Below are positions 1 through 8,917 of a stretch of 64,000 nt of DNA, piece by piece. Both the position numbers and the translations under genes were made by a program. Source of the DNA: an uncultured Acidimicrobiaceae bacterium (GTDB lineage: Bacteria > Actinomycetota > Acidimicrobiia > Acidimicrobiales > RAAP-2); assembly GCA_963774915.1 (NCBI GenBank), contig CAVZGR010000006.1, positions 13,463 to 77,462 on the forward strand, in the 5' to 3' direction. The notes beneath the pieces were generated by a model. It ran no database searches. It was given only the letters and a program-made list of their open reading frames with translations, and had not been told where the DNA came from. How positions within the stretch are numbered: the stretch's first letter is position 1; every line of letters begins with the position of its first letter.

Positions 1-1299
1 CATAGGACGACCGGCCATCAGCGCTTCGACGGCGGCGAAGGGGAAGCCCTCCGAGATGCTCGACAAGACGGCAATGTCACCCTCGTTGAGCGCCCGACCG
101 ACGTCCGCCGTAGGGCCCTTGAACTCACAGGAGCCACCGAGTTGAAGCTGCTCGGCCAGGGCATAGCAACTCCGGGCGTAGCCCGGATCGCTCTCCGGTC
201 CGTGGATCAACAGGCGGACGCCGTCGATGCGGCCGCGGACGATGGCAAAGGCCCGCAGAAGCGTGTGGATGTCCTTCAAGCGCTCGAGCCGGGCCACGGC
301 CACCAACGTGAGCGGGCCGTTGCCGCTCCCGGCTGGTCGTTCGAGCGGGAAGCGGTCCGGGTCGACGCCGTTCGGCATCGGGTGGATTTTCGATTCCTCG
401 ACTCCGAGTCGTGCCTCCCACGACGCGTTGAAGCGCGCCACCGGGGCTACCAGGTCGGCACAGGAATAGGCCATCGCCACGATGGCCGCATAGAAGTTGG
501 AGAGGAACACTCGGTGGGGGCTGTTGCCTTTGTTGCGACCGAGGGCGAGGAGTCGTTCGCGGTAATAGACACCGTGCTCGGTGAGGAGGAAAGGGACCCC
601 GAATCGCTCGCGTAGGACGACGGCAGGAATGGCACAGAAGGCCGCGGCTGAGGCGTGGACGACGCCGGGCAGTTCCGGCGGATAGTCGAGTGGCGCCAGG
701 TAGCGATAAACCGAACGAGCCATATCGATGGCCTCGTAGGTGGTCAGCTTCCGGTAGAGAGGGTGTGCAGCCAGTGCGTCGCGGAAGAGACGCCACGTCC
801 GGCCGTCCCGCATGGCTACCTTGAGGCTGAAGTGCTCCGAGTACTCAGAGAGGGCGCAGAGGGCGGCTACCAGATCGGCGGGACCTCCCTCGCCCAAGGC
901 CACCGACACCACCAGCTGCGCATAGGCGGGCAGAAACTCCTTGTCGAAGCGCCGGCCGGGCCGGCGTAGCCGGCGGGCGATCCAGCCCGGTCGCGGGTTG
1001 AACTCAGCGTTGTCCTCCGTTCCCCACAGGGGAACCTGGACGACGTGGACCAGGTTGGGCGGGGGCTCGTAGCGGACGGCCATGTTGGTGTTGGCCACGA
1101 CGGAGTAGACGACGTAGCGCTTGTCGGCCAGGCCTGTTACCAGCTGGTGGGCCCACGTGCTGACCCCTCCGGTCACGAAGGGGTAGGTCCCCTCGGTGGT
1201 CAGGAGTACGTCGATGTCGGACGCGACCACAAGGCCTTGCGGCGGTATCGCGGGCTCGTGTCGCGGCGGCGGCTGATCGAACAGGGTGGTTGAAGTCAC
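1..1299 (-). CDS. DUF3492-domain GT4 glycosyltransferase (PelF-like exopolysaccharide glycosyltransferase); C-terminus cut by the window edge
   Basis: Absent from the ORF track because it runs off the 5' edge. Reverse-strand translation from GTG (1299-1297) gives VTSTTLFDQPPP...DIDVLLTTEGTYPFVTGGVSTWAHQLV...LTEHGVYYRERL...NGVDPDRF...SEGFPFAAVEALMAGRP. This is the DUF3492 N-domain plus GT4 C-domain pattern I associate with PelF-type enzymes. The start overlaps the upstream stop as GTGA. Confidence 0.8.
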   Translation of the reverse strand, partial: MTSTTLFDQPPPRHEPAIPPQGLVVASDIDVLLTTEGTYPFVTGGVSTWAHQLVTGLADKRYVVYSVVANTNMAVRYEPPPNLVHVVQVPLWGTEDNAEFNPRPGWIARRLRRPGRRFDKEFLPAYAQLVVSVALGEGGPADLVAALCALSEYSEHFSLKVAMRDGRTWRLFRDALAAHPLYRKLTTYEAIDMARSVYRYLAPLDYPPELPGVVHASAAAFCAIPAVVLRERFGVPFLLTEHGVYYRERLLALGRNKGNSPHRVFLSNFYAAIVAMAYSCADLVAPVARFNASWEARLGVEESKIHPMPNGVDPDRFPLERPAGSGNGPLTLVAVARLERLKDIHTLLRAFAIVRGRIDGVRLLIHGPESDPGYARSCYALAEQLQLGGSCEFKGPTADVGRALNEGDIAVLSSISEGFPFAAVEALMAGRPM

Positions 1300-2145
1300 G
1301 GAGCCCTCAGGCCACGTCGTTGTTGGCCACGCGGTCCCGCCGGCGTCGGCCCCACCCGCTCCTTCGTTCGCGCACCTTCCGCGTCCCGACCGGCCCATCG
1401 GAGTGGATCACCTGGAATTCCGGTGCTCCACTCCGTGGATGGATCGCGCCGATCGGATTCGCGGACATCGGAGAGCCGCTCTTCTGAGGTGGCATCCGGA
1501 GCGGGGGATCGGGGATCGCTGGTCTCAGGTCGACGGAAGGGGATGGCCGTCCCAGCTGCCATCAGATCGTCGTCGGCGCGGAGCACCGACTCGATGGCTT
1601 GGGCCCGACGGAGACCCTTGGTGGCCACATGAAGGTTCTCGACGCTGAGGAAGCACTTGGCCGCCATGACGGCCGCTTCGCGGATGAAGGGCAACGGAGT
1701 CCGTGTGTCTTCGGAGACCCGCAGGTATTCGCGCCCGGCCAATCGCATCCAGTGGTCCGAGCCGTCCACATCGCCCGTTCGTTGGGCAGCCAAGGCCGCC
1801 TGGCGAAAGGCGATGGCGGCGCGTCTGGGGGGCGATGTCCAGGGCTCGTTCGGCCTCCTCGAGGAAGAGCGACTCGGCCCGCGCGAACTCTCCGGCGTTG
1901 AAGGCACCGATGGCTGCCTCGAACAGGGTGGTGTCGCCGTCCTCGATCTCGAGGACGGCGTCGACTTCTTCGGCAGCCTCACGGTCGGCCGGACGGACCA
2001 CCTCGTCGGCCGGCCCCGGGTCGGGCTGAGCGAGGGCCAGTGCCACCGCATAGAGGTCGACCGGGGGTCCTGTCCGGCGGCCCGCCACGACGGAGAGATT
2101 CTCCATGCAATGAAGATCGACCCGACCTGGGGAATCTTGAGACAA
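1296..2145 (-). pseudogene. Helical/TPR-like hypothetical protein upstream of the PelF-like gene, interrupted by one frameshift
   Basis: The N-terminal half reads in the frame of ORF 1525..2145 (...TTLFEAAIGAFNAGEFARAESLFLEEAERALDIAP). It continues seamlessly in the frame of ORF 1296..2174 (RRAAIAFRQAALAAQRTGDVDGSDHWMRLAGREYL...). The switch is at a G6 run (1827-1832). The TGA at 1296-1298 overlaps the GTG of the next gene. Confidence 0.55.
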
Positions 2146-2223
2146 CTGGGCCGTTTGTGCTGCGTAGGGACCATTGAGATGCAGCTCCGAAACCGCAGGT
2201 CACGGCAGTTGAGGCACGGGCCG

Positions 2224-2303
2224 AACTCTTGTGCCCCCCGCCGGCAGCCTGTCGTTACCCACCCGGGCGACGTCAGAAGGGGTCCACTGACCCAACTCTT
2301 GTG
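2224..2303. repeat. Two copies of CC(G/C)AACTCTTGTG 70 nt apart in a divergent intergenic region
   Basis: AACTCTTGTG occurs at 2224-2233 and again at 2294-2303, both preceded by CC(G/C). They lie between the divergent genes starting at 2145 (-) and about 2507 (+). Confidence 0.3.
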
Positions 2304-2506
2304 GTCCTCGTCGGCCAGAAGGGGGGCGGGGAACGGGCTCTCGTTGGCTTGCTGTCAGCCTCATCGTGGGTCGCCGAGCATCCGATCGCTCGAAGGCTGC
2401 GAGGTATCGGTGCCTCGAGGTGCCTCCGTTTCACAGCCCACCTACTGCCTGTTTCGGGGGTCGAGCCCGGGTCGTTACGAAGGGACCAAGTGACTATCGT
2501 TGCGCC

Positions 2507-3385
2507 GTGCGGCGGGCCCGTCAGTTCGTACGAGCCTTTGTCGACGGCGAATTCATCGTGTGGCCTTCCCTGGCTGTTGGCGTGCTCGTGGCCGTCATTT
2601 CGTATTCGGTCGGCAGCAAGCGGGGCGACGTCGAGGTCGACGCGGCACTGGCCAGCCTGACCACATTTCTCTTCGGCGTGCTCCTGGCCTTCACCATTGC
2701 CCGAACCCGCGAGCGACTTGCCACCGTTCAGGATCTGGTTGCCAAGGGGAATGCATCCCTACTCTCGATCCATCAAATCATGGCGATCTTCGATGCCGAA
2801 GACGCGTGCCGGGTTCGCGACCTCATCGACCGCCAACTCACGGAACAAATCGATTTTCGGTTGGTCGATAAGCATCTCTCCACGCCCGCGCACCTCGAAC
2901 TGACCGACGCTGTGTACGCGCTGCACCCGAAGACCCGCCAGGAGGAGACTGCGTACAAGGAGCTCGTAAAACTGAGCATCGACATGAGCGCAGACCGGAC
3001 AGTGATCGAGGCAGTGACCGGTCAGGAGCTCTCGCCGATGGAGTGGAGCGGGCTGCTCCTGTTGCTCTTCCTGCTCATCGCTCTCATCACCGTCTTGCCC
3101 GGCGGAACCGTCTTGGGCGCCCTCGTCTCCGGTGTGCTGTCTGGAACCCTTGTGACCCTGATGATCCTCCTCCGGAAGCTGGATCGCTTGCGATGGCACG
3201 AGCGGGTCAGCATTTGGGAGCCGACCTCCCGCCTCTTTCGGAGTATGGGCCAGGATCCCTACGTTCCTCGTGAGGTGGTCGAAAGCGGACGCTACCGACC
3301 AACAGGTCGTGTACGGGTGGTCGACTATCCGGATCCCTATCCCAACCGGTCGAGGAAGGTCATCACCGTCGAAGACTTCGGCTGA
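2507..3385 (+). CDS. Membrane protein, DUF4239/bestrophin-like (hypothetical)
   Basis: Part of ORF 2366..3385. A GTG at 2507 is in frame, and the upstream part is Arg/Pro-rich and poorly protein-like. There are two N-terminal and two C-terminal hydrophobic helices (WPSLAVGVLVAVISY, LTTFLFGVLLAFTIA, WSGLLLLLFLLIALITVL, LVSGVLSGTLVTLMILL) around a soluble helical core. Confidence 0.55.
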   Translation: MRRARQFVRAFVDGEFIVWPSLAVGVLVAVISYSVGSKRGDVEVDAALASLTTFLFGVLLAFTIARTRERLATVQDLVAKGNASLLSIHQIMAIFDAEDACRVRDLIDRQLTEQIDFRLVDKHLSTPAHLELTDAVYALHPKTRQEETAYKELVKLSIDMSADRTVIEAVTGQELSPMEWSGLLLLLFLLIALITVLPGGTVLGALVSGVLSGTLVTLMILLRKLDRLRWHERVSIWEPTSRLFRSMGQDPYVPREVVESGRYRPTGRVRVVDYPDPYPNRSRKVITVEDFG

Positions 3386-4835
3386 TCGGCTTCGTCGTCA
3401 GCAGGTCCGGTGCCTTCTGGCCCATCAAGGGGACGAGGGGCAGGGCTCCTACATCCGGAGTTCGTCGATTGCCCCGGTTGACGATCGCGTCACGAGCGGC
3501 GAGGACGGCGATCGCGCTCCCTATACAGAGGGGTGGGAGTGCTCCCAGAATGAAGCGCTGGTTGCCGTAGGAAACGGCCACCGTGAGCGTGGCGATCAGG
3601 ACCGGTCCGCCGAGGACGACCAGCGCGGTTCGATTTTTTCGGACGCCAAGGATTCCGATGGCGCCCAGGATCAGGAGCACGAGCGAGACGGGAGTGGAGA
3701 GCTCACCCCAACCGATGCTTCGAGTCTCGACTGCCTCCAAGTGCGCCTCTTGTGTCGGTTTGAAGAGCCCCCAGGCGCGCAGGACCCGGACGGCGGCGAC
3801 CAGTGGAACCCGCGAGGCATTCTGTCGGACGTAGTCGGCACCTTTATGGTCAAGGGCCTTCGCGAACTCCGCCTCACCGTGTGCGTCGAGTTGCGGCGTG
3901 TCCAGGCATCTGAAATCCCAGTAGCCGAGCTCAGGACCACGGTAGGTCGCGCTGCAGTTGGCCCCGGCCACCGTCTTCGCTCCATTTGTCGACAGCACGA
4001 TGGGTGGATTGAACACGACGATGTCGCGAATGATCCACGGAGCGATGACACCGGCTGCGACGACCAGAACGAGTGCAATGGAAGCAAGCCGTCGCGCCAG
4101 ACTCATCGATGGAACAACCAGAATGGCGAGAGGAGCAAGAGCGAGGGCAACCAAGAGTTCCTCGCTGCGAGTGAGGACATCGAGACCAGCCAGGAGCCCG
4201 ACGACAACCCACCGAGAGAGACTCATCGACGACGAGGCCCAGGCGATGGCCAGCAGCATCCCGACTAACAGCGGCACGGACAGGGTCTCGGCCATAGCCG
4301 ACCCGTCGCTGGCAATGAGTGCGGGACAGACGGCGACAAGAGCGGCACCGATCCATCCGACGGCCTCTCGATGGGTGATCCTGCGCCCGAGCAGGCCAGT
4401 CAGCCCGACCGAAAGTCCGCCACAGATCGCCCCCGCTACTTGGTGGCCACGGAACGTTGTCACATCCACCTTGTGCAACCCGGCGATGAAGATCGGGTAC
4501 AGCGGCGGAAAATTGGCCGTCGGCTTGATGGTTCCGTGGGTGAAGAGCAGACCCGGATCTGAGTAACCCTGGTGCCTGGCCAGTTCGCCGCCCACAAATG
4601 AATAGAAGATGGTGTCGAGCCCCTCCTTCAGATGCTCGCCGATCGTGAACGTGTAGATCAGGCGCAGACCGATACCGACGAGAGCGATCGCCGCCAGCGG
4701 GACGAGAAAGTGCAGTTGAGGGCGGTGCGGCCGGTGGTTTTCTGGGTTTCCCCCATTTGCGCCGGTCACACCTGCGGCGGCGTCGCCGCCATCCGACACG
4801 GAGTCGGCTGGGATCAGGACAGGACCTGGACACAC
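3363..4835 (-). CDS. Polytopic membrane glycosyltransferase, GT39/ArnT-PMT-like
   Basis: Intact 490-aa ORF with more than 8 hydrophobic segments. It has the N-terminal loop GGELARHQGYSDPG...FPPLYPIF typical of lipid-carrier-dependent GT-C enzymes, and a large periplasm-like loop near residues 290-360. Confidence 0.6.
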   Translation of the reverse strand: MCPGPVLIPADSVSDGGDAAAGVTGANGGNPENHRPHRPQLHFLVPLAAIALVGIGLRLIYTFTIGEHLKEGLDTIFYSFVGGELARHQGYSDPGLLFTHGTIKPTANFPPLYPIFIAGLHKVDVTTFRGHQVAGAICGGLSVGLTGLLGRRITHREAVGWIGAALVAVCPALIASDGSAMAETLSVPLLVGMLLAIAWASSSMSLSRWVVVGLLAGLDVLTRSEELLVALALAPLAILVVPSMSLARRLASIALVLVVAAGVIAPWIIRDIVVFNPPIVLSTNGAKTVAGANCSATYRGPELGYWDFRCLDTPQLDAHGEAEFAKALDHKGADYVRQNASRVPLVAAVRVLRAWGLFKPTQEAHLEAVETRSIGWGELSTPVSLVLLILGAIGILGVRKNRTALVVLGGPVLIATLTVAVSYGNQRFILGALPPLCIGSAIAVLAARDAIVNRGNRRTPDVGALPLVPLMGQKAPDLLTTKPISRSLRR

Positions 4836-4933
4836 CTTGGCCGCAACATACGCTTCCGGCTCGTCGAACGTGGTAACCCGACGGCCGGGAATCGAGGCGG
4901 TGAAGTGGACCTCTCCTCAGGTGACTGTGCAAT

Positions 4934-4965
4934 TAAATGGTCAGTCAGCTAAATGGTCAGTCAGC
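4934..4965. repeat. Perfect 16-bp tandem duplication TAAATGGTCAGTCAGC x2
   Basis: Read directly: 4934-4949 and 4950-4965 are identical. It sits in an AT-richer island about 100 nt upstream of the GT39-like start (4835, minus strand). Confidence 0.9.
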
Positions 4966-5197
4966 AGAAGTAGCCCGGCCAGCGGATGCAGACCGATATC
5001 GGCTGCATGGCCCCCATGAGGGCGGGAGCTGGTCGTCGTGAGCCAGGAGGTCAGTGAGGATGGCCAGGCCAGGCGCACGGGCGTGAGGGCGATCAAGGTC
5101 CGCCACGGCGTCCTCGCCAGCGGCCCCATACGAGAGGCGATGCCGCTGCCCAACGACCATTTCCCAGACCTACAATCGCTGCGAGAACAGGACTGAC

Positions 5198-5551
5198 ATG
5201 AGCGAGAATGGGCCAGAAATGATGGCGCCAAGAGGGCAAAGAGGGATCGGATGCCTCGCCTCCATTCTTGGCTTGCTTGCCGTTGTCGCCGTCGTGGTGA
5301 CTGCCGTCTTTGCCGGCGTGATTGTCCTCGGTATTTTCGTTGCGATCGCCGTAATCGGGTTGGTCGCCCTCGGGGTCGATCGCCTCCTGTTGGCGATCAG
5401 CCCCAAGCGTCGAGAACGGCGGGCCAAGCTGCAGAGGTCCTTCATCGTCTGGGGGACGGGACGACCGCCGCAATCCGGACCGATTATCGACACGACGGCC
5501 CGACTCGAGCCTCCAGGACGCCAGCCAGGACGGCAGGACTCGCCCGAATAG
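5198..5551 (+). CDS. Small membrane protein (hypothetical)
   Basis: 117-aa ORF with two strong hydrophobic helices (CLASILGLLAVVAVVVTAVFAGVIVLGIFVAIAVIGLVALGV) followed by a basic tail. No family recognised. Confidence 0.5.
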   Translation: MSENGPEMMAPRGQRGIGCLASILGLLAVVAVVVTAVFAGVIVLGIFVAIAVIGLVALGVDRLLLAISPKRRERRAKLQRSFIVWGTGRPPQSGPIIDTTARLEPPGRQPGRQDSPE

Positions 5552-5598
5552 TCAGCGGACGTCCGCGCTGAGCGCTGCGAACACATACCAGTCATGTG

Positions 5599-5620
5599 TG
5601 AACTACATCTTTGTAGTTCA
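5599..5620. promoter_or_regulatory. Perfect 9-bp inverted repeat TGAACTACA-TCTT-TGTAGTTCA, candidate operator of the downstream XRE gene
   Basis: Read directly. It is an AT-rich palindrome 60-80 nt upstream of the probable GTG start (5681) of the HTH gene. Confidence 0.45.
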
Positions 5621-5680
5621 ACAATCAGCGGTGCTCGGGCCTTGTGGGCTGCACACGCCCTGCCGTACCCTGTACAAGCA

Positions 5681-6088
5681 GTGGATACAAGCGAGTACCC
5701 AATTGATTCGACCGACCTCCTGGCCGGCCGAATCCGCGACTATCGGCACAAGCGCGAGATGACCCAGCGCGAACTGGCCGACCAGTTGGGCGTGACCCAG
5801 CAGTCGGTCGCCCGATGGGAGCAGGGTTCTCCGCCGAGGCGGTACATGCTCCGGGTGATCGAATCCCTGCTCGAAGAGGATGACGGGGACGATCAGCGGT
5901 CGGACCTCGCCGACATCATCGGCATCCGTCCACCGGCTCCTCGACCTGTGCAGCCGAAGGATATGGCCAGCGCTCGGGACGTCTACATCCGTGGCTGCCT
6001 GAAGCTTCTCGAGCGAGGCGAACGACTACCGAATCGAGTGCTTCTGCTGTTGGCTGACGAGCTCGGTTGGGGCGCCGACGAGAGCTGA
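5681..6088 (+). CDS. XRE-family helix-turn-helix transcriptional regulator
   Basis: HTH_3-type motif REMTQRELADQLGVTQQSVARWEQG. The ORF is open from 5594, but that start would bury the palindrome inside the coding sequence. GTG 5681 is in frame. Confidence 0.75.
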   Translation: MDTSEYPIDSTDLLAGRIRDYRHKREMTQRELADQLGVTQQSVARWEQGSPPRRYMLRVIESLLEEDDGDDQRSDLADIIGIRPPAPRPVQPKDMASARDVYIRGCLKLLERGERLPNRVLLLLADELGWGADES

Positions 6089-6260
6089 CGACGCCGCCCG
6101 AGTGGCGCAAATGCGGGCTCTCTGAGCCTGGGCTGAGCGGGTCCAACTCCTCCAGTCAGGCTCGGAACGATGGTCATTGCCCGCTCGGCTCTGAACTTTC
6201 CCCGCTGGCTTCGCTCATGCGACCATGGCTCCTTGCTCCCAGATCCGAGAGGAACCAACG

Positions 6261-6925
6261 ATGAGCGGTCTGCTCCTAGCCGATGAACGAGAAGCCGTAG
6301 CCAGCGCGAGCCGCCATTTGGCCAAGGAGGGACTGGTCATCGGGACGGCCGGGAACATCTCTGCCCGCAATGGTGACCACGTCGCCGTTACCCCCACTGG
6401 GGCGGACCTGGGCACGGTGACCGCCGAGATGGTGACCGTCATTGATCTGGACGGCAATGTCGTGGACGGCGATCTCGCTCCCACATCCGAGGTTCCGCTT
6501 CACACCGGCATCTATCGGGGCACCAACGCCCTGGCCATCACCCATGCCCACGCGATGGCGTCGACCGCGCTGTCGTGCACCCATGACGAGCTGCCACCCC
6601 TGCACTACAGCTGCTTGAGCTTGGGAGGAGCCCCCGGACCGCCGCCTACGCCACCTTCGGGTCGCAGGAGCTGGCCGACAACGTGATCAAAGCGCTCGAG
6701 GGGCGCAACGCAGCCATGATGCAGAACCATGGTTCGGTGGCTTATGGAAGCACCATGGATCAGGCGGTCGAGCGTCTCGAGCTTCTCGAGTGGCTAGCTG
6801 AGCTGTACTGGCGGTCGGCCACGCTTGGAACACCGAAGGTGCTGACCGACAAGGACTTCGAAGCGATCATCGTGGCGGCCATGGAACGCGGCTACGGATC
6901 CGTAAAGAAGGTCGACAAGAGTTAG
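6261..6925 (+). pseudogene. Class II aldolase/adducin-family protein (L-fuculose-phosphate-aldolase-like), one frameshift
   Basis: The N-part (ORF 6225..6686) has GTAGNISARNGDHVAVTPTG...EVPLHTGIY...ITHAHAMASTAL. The C-part (ORF 6683..6925 and upstream in that frame) reads TAAYATFGSQELADNVIKALEGRNAAMMQNHGSVAYG. The frames switch at a C5 run (6641-6645). ATG 6261 is preceded by GAGAGGAA. Confidence 0.8.
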
Positions 6926-7101
6926 TTCGCGTCATCGCTGCCGCGGCAACGTACGTCCTCACCGTTTCTCCATTGCTAGTCTGCCGGCGTGGTCCTTGCC
7001 GCCGTTGTCGGAGCCGGAAGGGGCGATGACCGGTCGGTCGGGGGTGCGGTCCTGGATTGAAATTCTGAAGATGTCGGTTGGCTTTGAGGGGGGGACATGA
7101 A

Positions 7102-8163
7102 ATGCGGGTGAGAAGTCGCCGATCGATCGCCAGGCTGTCCCTCGGAGTCGCCATCGCCCTTGGGATGACGACCATCGCGGTGAGTCTGGCCGCCGCGGCT
7201 CCATCCGCCGCCGCGACTTCATCCACTGGTCTCAAGCCCATGTCCGGTGCGTACGTCTTCTCGTTCCGGTTCGACAACAGGCTCCGGGACTACCGCCTCC
7301 ATGTCCCCCCCGCCGCGGCAAGCGGAAAGCCACTCCCGCTCGTGCTCAATCTCCACGGAGCCACGCAGAACGGTCAGCTCGAGGAGGTGGTCACCTCGGG
7401 TATGGACGCGAATGCCGATGCCAACGGGTACCTGGTGGTGTATCCCGATGGCACGAGAATCTCAAAGGTCCTGACGCCGGATCCCGTCGCCAAGAACGCT
7501 CAGTATGGCTGGAACGCTGGTGCGTGTTGCGGGTTACCCGTGACCAAGAAGATCAATGACGTCGGCTTTCTCCTGAAGGTCATTGCCGATGTGGCCAAGC
7601 GAACGCCGGTCAATCTGCGTCGGGTGTACATGACGGGGATCTCCAACGGCGGAATGATGGCCTACGCCATGGCTGCCGAGGCCTCCAATCACATCGCCGC
7701 CATCGCTTCCATCTCGGGTCAAGTCGAGTTGCCGCACATCCATCCCAGTCGGCCCGTGCCAACGATGGAGTTCCACAGCGTCAACGATCCGATCGCCATG
7801 TGGGACGGCGTACCGAACCGTAATCCGACGCTTCGCTTCACCGTCCTCCAAGGCATCCATCAGTGGGTTGTGGCCGACCACTGTCGAAGCAATCCGCACG
7901 TCGCTCCGACCATTGTCGGGGCCCCGGGGAGCATCTCGGCGGGGGAGACGGCCACCGAGATCACCTATCACTCTTGTGCCGATGGGACGGAGGTCGTGCT
8001 GTGGAAACTGACCGGGTCGGGACACGTATGGCCGGGGAGCACGCTCAATACCGGCCCGAAGAGCTCCTGGTTGTTGGCCGGTGTCGGCCGGGGGACGGTG
8101 CTGGTGAACGCAGATGAGCTGATGTGGCAGTTCTTCGAGCGCTATCAGCTACCCAAATCCTGA
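7102..8163 (+). CDS. Secreted PHB-depolymerase-family esterase (LpqC-like)
   Basis: Signal peptide MRVRSRRSIARLSLGVAIALGMTTIAVSLAAAAPSAAA. Motifs LNLHGATQNG, YLVVYPDG, WNAGACCG, INDVGFL, and the nucleophile elbow GISNGGMMAY. Confidence 0.75.
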   Translation: MRVRSRRSIARLSLGVAIALGMTTIAVSLAAAAPSAAATSSTGLKPMSGAYVFSFRFDNRLRDYRLHVPPAAASGKPLPLVLNLHGATQNGQLEEVVTSGMDANADANGYLVVYPDGTRISKVLTPDPVAKNAQYGWNAGACCGLPVTKKINDVGFLLKVIADVAKRTPVNLRRVYMTGISNGGMMAYAMAAEASNHIAAIASISGQVELPHIHPSRPVPTMEFHSVNDPIAMWDGVPNRNPTLRFTVLQGIHQWVVADHCRSNPHVAPTIVGAPGSISAGETATEITYHSCADGTEVVLWKLTGSGHVWPGSTLNTGPKSSWLLAGVGRGTVLVNADELMWQFFERYQLPKS

Positions 8164-8258
8164 GCGGCTCATCCGAAAGGTCGCGGTGCTTGACGACTGC
8201 GGCGCGGCAGAAGGGACTCGACCAGGGCTGAAGGTCAGACGCGGGCCGCGGTCGAGGG

Positions 8259-8825
8259 TCAGTCGCCCCGACCACCGTGACATGTGGTCGGTGGGGTAAA
8301 GAGCGCCGTCGCATCGACCGGCTCGGTCGACGAGGGGTTGAGGATCACGGTGGCGTGCTGCGTCCACTGGTCCTCACAGTCGAGCAGTGCCTTCTTCTCC
8401 GGCTGCTTCTTGGAGTTCGCGTCGCCACCCATCCACAGGTCGACGTGGTTCTTGTTGACACCACCGCATGGGTCGCACTGGTCCTCGTGAATGAAGTACT
8501 TCTTCAGAAACGGGACGTAGATGATCTGGCACCAAGGCCCCTTGAGGTCGATGGGCTCGGCGAAGGTGACCGGATTGGCGTAGGTACCTACGCCGCCCGC
8601 CTCTTGGTGGATGCACGGATGGGCGATGGCAGGGCCCGGCGGGGAGTTGTCCACCCACCCGTAGAAGGTCACCCAGTCGGTGACCGAGCTGGAACCCGAC
8701 GCCGCCGTGGCCGTGGCTGCGCTGGATGGGACGCCAACGGCCAGGGCAACGGTCAATGCCACGAGTCCTCCGAACACGGAAATTCGCCGAGTGAGTCTCA
8801 CGGTTGGCCCCTTTCCGGTTGGCAC
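8259..8825 (-). CDS. Secreted cysteine-rich protein, possibly double-psi beta-barrel (3D/RlpA-like) fold
   Basis: Signal peptide (ISVFGGLVALTVALAVGVPSSAA). The mature part reads VTFYGWVDNSPPGPAIAHP...GGVGTYANPVTFA...EDQCDPCGG..HVDLWMGG and contains 6 Cys. The fold assignment is a guess from these motifs. Confidence 0.5.
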   Translation of the reverse strand: MPTGKGPTVRLTRRISVFGGLVALTVALAVGVPSSAATATAASGSSSVTDWVTFYGWVDNSPPGPAIAHPCIHQEAGGVGTYANPVTFAEPIDLKGPWCQIIYVPFLKKYFIHEDQCDPCGGVNKNHVDLWMGGDANSKKQPEKKALLDCEDQWTQHATVILNPSSTEPVDATALFTPPTTCHGGRGD

Positions 8826-8917
8826 CGGTTACTCCGAGGAGGTCGAAGCGAACGCTTGAGCGTACCTCTCAGCTACCCGTCGCTTCCTCCCGCGATGCAA
8901 CGATGCAGACCCGCCGC

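Noticed and set aside
2146-2366. c-di-GMP (GEMM-I) riboswitch in the leader of the pel-like genes, prompted by the repeated GCACAAGAGTT motif on the minus strand.
   Set aside because: It does not match the GEMM-I core (GCACAGGGCAAACC...GACGCAAAGCC.CCGGC) beyond a few bases. It is better described simply as a direct repeat.
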